Positions 34,476-37,108 of a stretch of 37,108 nucleotides of DNA are shown here, in pieces (position 1 is the first letter of the stretch; each line of letters starts with the position of its first letter). The translations under genes and the position numbers were made by a program. Below the pieces are notes generated by a model that saw nothing but the letters and a program-made list of their open reading frames with translations, searched no databases and was not told the origin of the DNA. The stretch is from a virus (lineage: Duplodnaviria > Caudoviricetes): positions 1-37,108 of the IMG/VR virus record IMGVR_UViG_3300020045_016408, one strand, 5' to 3'.

Positions 34476-35283
34476 ACCGAGTCTTCCCAACTGATTTAGC
34501 GATGCGGTTAATTTCCTCTTCGCCTAGCGGCGGGCGGTTGCGCGTATCCCAGTTTCTAAGGACAGCCTCAAGAAAGTGCAGATGCTCCTCCGTGATATCG
34601 TTCGGAGACACCGGCGCCATCATCGTCCAAAGATATCCCGCAAGGGATGCGGCGGTTTTGCTACGATCCCCGTCCGCGGAGCCGTTTATAAACATGGCGC
34701 GGTAGTCTTTCTTTGCTCGACGAGCAAGGGAGAACGCCTTCTGAAGTACCGCCGGAACCTGCGGAAAGGAGTCAGGTCCCCCGTTGGGATAGGATTCCCA
34801 GGTGTAGAACTTTCCCGCCTGCTCATGAAAAGATGGAGGCGCAAGCACGTATCCGTTGCCGTGTGACTTCGTGTCTACCTGCCTGTGAATCCCTCGGGTC
34901 GAACAGGGAATCGCATGCGTCGGGTCCTGAAAGTAGAGGTGGAGCCCACCTGACCCTGTCCGGCACACGACGCTCGACCCTCCGATTTGTCTCGCAATCG
35001 CGTCCGGCGATTCGCAGGCGCACACTCCCCCCTCCTCGCTCTCTCGTCCCTTGCGCGCACACCCCGGCACATGCAAATCAATGTCCACCACGCACCACCC
35101 CTCCGCCACCACGATCCCGATCCCTGTAGCTCCCGACCACTGCGATAGTTTTGAAAAGTCTTCTGTCTGCCAGCCAGTAAAGACAGGTTTCTTCAATCGT
35201 ACCGGAAAGGTCCGGATTCCGATCCCCGCATACCAGTCATGCGCGGTAAGAAGGATGGGTGGCGAAGCAGCTTTCAAATTCAT
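34429..35283 (-). CDS. bifunctional DNA primase/polymerase (Prim-Pol) with PriCT-1-like C-terminus
   Basis: FPV..KKP...WQ, VVDID, RTGSGGLHLYF, GYVLAPPSFH and NRPPLGEEEINRIAKS. Confidence 0.92.
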   Translation of the reverse strand: MNLKAASPPILLTAHDWYAGIGIRTFPVRLKKPVFTGWQTEDFSKLSQWSGATGIGIVVAEGWCVVDIDLHVPGCARKGRESEEGGVCACESPDAIARQIGGSSVVCRTGSGGLHLYFQDPTHAIPCSTRGIHRQVDTKSHGNGYVLAPPSFHEQAGKFYTWESYPNGGPDSFPQVPAVLQKAFSLARRAKKDYRAMFINGSADGDRSKTAASLAGYLWTMMAPVSPNDITEEHLHFLEAVLRNWDTRNRPPLGEEEINRIAKSVGKTRYDRLCASFDREIGRS

Positions 35284-35320
35284 AAAAACAGAGACAAAAA
35301 TAACGCCTGTTCAAAAGAGT

Positions 35321-35349
35321 TTGACGGCGTCCGGTATCTCTGTTAAGAT
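35321..35349 (+). promoter_or_regulatory. sigma70-type promoter (rightward)
   Basis: TTGACG, 17-nt spacer ending TGT, TAAGAT; embedded in an inverted repeat (35321-35360). Confidence 0.55.
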
Positions 35350-35376
35350 ACCACCGTCAATTTGTTTTCCAAAGAC

Positions 35377-35406
35377 ACAATAACGCCGTCTGGCACGAGC
35401 TGTCAA
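35377..35406 (-). promoter_or_regulatory. sigma70-type promoter (leftward, towards Prim-Pol)
   Basis: TTGACA (35406-35401), 18-nt spacer, TATTGT (35382-35377). Confidence 0.55.
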
Positions 35407-35424
35407 ACGGCGTTTTTGTTTGAG

Positions 35425-35635
35425 TTATCCCCAGGCCATGGGCTCTCCGTGGGCTGGTTTTTTGAGGGGGCCCACGACTTGAGGAGGATGGTCTAAAATT
35501 TGGCTAGGTTGCGTTGTGGGCTCTTTTTGTGGGCTTAGGACTTAGGGAGCCCAGCCCACGACGAACAAGGAACCTCTTGTGGGGGGGGGGGCCATAGTAG
35601 CGGACGCTACGCTGCTACTATGGCGCCACCCCCGC
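35425..35635. repeat. origin-like region: GTGGGC/GCCCAC repeats, G11 run and 13-bp palindrome
   Basis: GTGGGC or GCCCAC near 35449, 35470, 35516, 35529 and 35554; G11 at 35581-35591; GCCATAGTAGCGG-N8-CTGCTACTATGGC at 35591-35624; adjacent to Prim-Pol. Confidence 0.55.
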
Positions 35636-35733
35636 TCTGCGAGACGTTCCTAGTTGTTTCGGTTCTACCCGATTGTATGAAGAGACAGTATTTTTATTCA
35701 CGGAGAAAAGATAAGATGGCGTTAAATCTAAAT

Positions 35734-36240
35734 ATGAAGACCGAAGCCCAGTTTCAAACCCAATTCAACGCCTGGCTGAAGAGCCCACACGGGTACGCCT
35801 GGCGTCTGCGCACGAGGGTATGGACGGCGGCGTTTGAATTGAAGCTGGTGGTGTGCAAAACGCCCGATCGGTGTGCGAAGGTGAGCAGCTACGCACGAGG
35901 ATATGGACAGAGGGCGCAGGAAGAGTGCGCTACCCCGCTCCCGCATTCGAAGGTGTCGGAGGGTCAAGTGGAGGCCCTGGAGCGCGTGGCAAGCCGTCCA
36001 GGTGCCACAGAACCCCTTGCATACAAGATCAGCGATATGGGCATGGGGTATAAGCCGTTTGATAGCTTTGTGATGCAGGGGGTGCCAGCGTTTATCGTTG
36101 TGGCCTGGCAATGCGGACAGCATATGCCCTCACGGGCATATGGAATCCCGATATCCGAGTGGACGCGACGTTTGAAGCGGAAGGCACGGGGCTCATTGTC
36201 GGAGGCGGAGGCGCGGGAAGTGGGAGATAGGCTTTGGTGA
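35734..36240 (+). CDS. PD-(D/E)XK-like nuclease, possible RecU-like resolvase
   Basis: MKTEAQFQ (N-terminal E), AAFELK, QVEAL, YKISD...KPFD. Start is 35734 or 35716. Confidence 0.6.
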   Translation: MKTEAQFQTQFNAWLKSPHGYAWRLRTRVWTAAFELKLVVCKTPDRCAKVSSYARGYGQRAQEECATPLPHSKVSEGQVEALERVASRPGATEPLAYKISDMGMGYKPFDSFVMQGVPAFIVVAWQCGQHMPSRAYGIPISEWTRRLKRKARGSLSEAEAREVGDRLW

Positions 36241-36304
36241 GGGTGCAGTGGAACGTGTGGAGGGCGCCTGACGCACTGTGCGGGGCTAGGAGGGGTTTTG
36301 ATAG

Positions 36305-36337
36305 TGAAAACGAAAAGAGCCCCATAGGGCTCTTTCG
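36305..36337. terminator. intrinsic terminator between convergent genes
   Basis: AAAGAGCCC-cata-GGGCTCTTT (36314-36335), T-rich tail on the - strand. Confidence 0.8.
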
Positions 36338-36343
36338 TGTGGC

Positions 36344-36640
36344 TTAAATCGCGTTATAGCCCGTTGCGAGCAGGCCGAGGACAAACAGGCTGGTTAGGGT
36401 GAGGGATCGTGCGAACGTCCACTGTTCCCGGCGCCGTGCCGCCTGCTTGACGGTCTTCCAGGTTGCAAGATGGGTGAAGGTGCGCGGCGTTGCCGGGACC
36501 TTCGTGTGGAGGGGGTGTGCCCGGCGTGGGCGGATCGGTGTGGCACTTGCGGCGCCAGACGCGAGACAGATGAGCGCGGCAATGAGGGCGAGAGGGATCA
36601 GCGCATAGAATGCGACGGACCCGATGAGGTTAGATGGCAT
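36344..36640 (-). CDS. membrane protein with two hydrophobic segments (98 aa)
   Basis: LIGSVAFYALIPLALIAALICLA and LTLTSLFVLGLLATGY; start at ATG 36640. Confidence 0.65.
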   Translation of the reverse strand: MPSNLIGSVAFYALIPLALIAALICLASGAASATPIRPRRAHPLHTKVPATPRTFTHLATWKTVKQAARRREQWTFARSLTLTSLFVLGLLATGYNAI

Positions 36641-36654
36641 AGAAGGGCGCCGGG

Positions 36655-36873
36655 TTAATCGTGCCACTCGCAATCAGCGGGGTGCTCGACGTGATCGTGA
36701 TTGACAATGCAACCGGGGTTGAAGGGCTGTTGCAGGGTTTCGAGTTCATCGTTGATATCGTCTACGTCATAGATTTCGACAACATGGCCTTCAGGGACGT
36801 TGAACACGTGATCGACAACGCCGCCGCGCACGAAGACGATGATGTGCTTTTTGGTTTTGGAATGTGAGTACAT
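36655..36873 (-). CDS. hypothetical protein (72 aa)
   Basis: MYSHSKTKKHIIVFVRGGVVDHV...VEIYDVD; start at 36873, just after the upstream stop. Confidence 0.7.
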   Translation of the reverse strand: MYSHSKTKKHIIVFVRGGVVDHVFNVPEGHVVEIYDVDDINDELETLQQPFNPGCIVNHDHVEHPADCEWHD

Positions 36874-36877
36874 AGGG

Positions 36878-37099
36878 TTAGGATAGGGTTTCAAGTTCGG
36901 CGGGGACGTTGTAGACGGTCCCGTCAATTTCGGCGAAGATGTTTTCGAGTTCGTCCTTGATATTATCGAGGACGTTGCGTCGAGCGTCGAGCTTTTTCGT
37001 CTCGAAGAATGAGAGTTCTTCGTTATCAAGCTCTTCGTCAATGGTCATGATGTCGTCTTCGATTTCAGAGATCAGAAATTCGAGACGGTCGCGGCTCAT
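36878..37099 (-). CDS. acidic coiled-coil hypothetical protein (start may lie beyond the window)
   Basis: MSRDRLEFLISEIEDDIMTIDEELDNEE... Confidence 0.65.
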   Translation of the reverse strand: MSRDRLEFLISEIEDDIMTIDEELDNEELSFFETKKLDARRNVLDNIKDELENIFAEIDGTVYNVPAELETLS

Positions 37100-37108
37100 T
37101 GTGAGCTC

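Noticed and set aside
1-37108. Stop-codon recoding (code 15 or 25)
   Set aside because: Long genes are intact in code 11, and TAG and TGA both end genes at tight junctions.

Overview
A 37-kb segment of a tailed dsDNA phage, most likely podovirus-like, using genetic code 11. Portal and terminase are not in the window, and there is no integrase or family A/B DNA polymerase. The + strand (1-22430) is a virion block: scaffold, cement-like protein, major capsid protein, two large fibre-like proteins, a lysis cassette with an M23 peptidase, adaptor, nozzle, tail fibre and three probable ejection proteins. The - strand (22431-35283) is an early/replication block: primase-polymerase, RepA-like AAA helicase, HTH protein, SSB-like protein, RecE-like nuclease, SF2 helicase, a MucR-finger/HNH-associated-repeat protein, many small ORFs and a group I chaperonin (GroEL) preceded by a possible cut-down GroES. 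A promoter/origin-like region lies at 35283-35630. The strongest unexplained signal is a roughly 500-nt, densely base-paired segment on the - strand (about 24800-25265) just upstream of the chaperonin genes. It has long helices, GNRA and UNCG tetraloops, a pseudoknot, a duplicated 19-nt module and a tRNA-sized T-loop domain, and is a candidate large structured ncRNA. Almost all genes lack Shine-Dalgarno sites and start at T-ATG. Together with the endolysin C-terminal domain, this suggests a Patescibacteria (CPR)-like host (inference). All family calls come from motif recognition by eye, not database searches.
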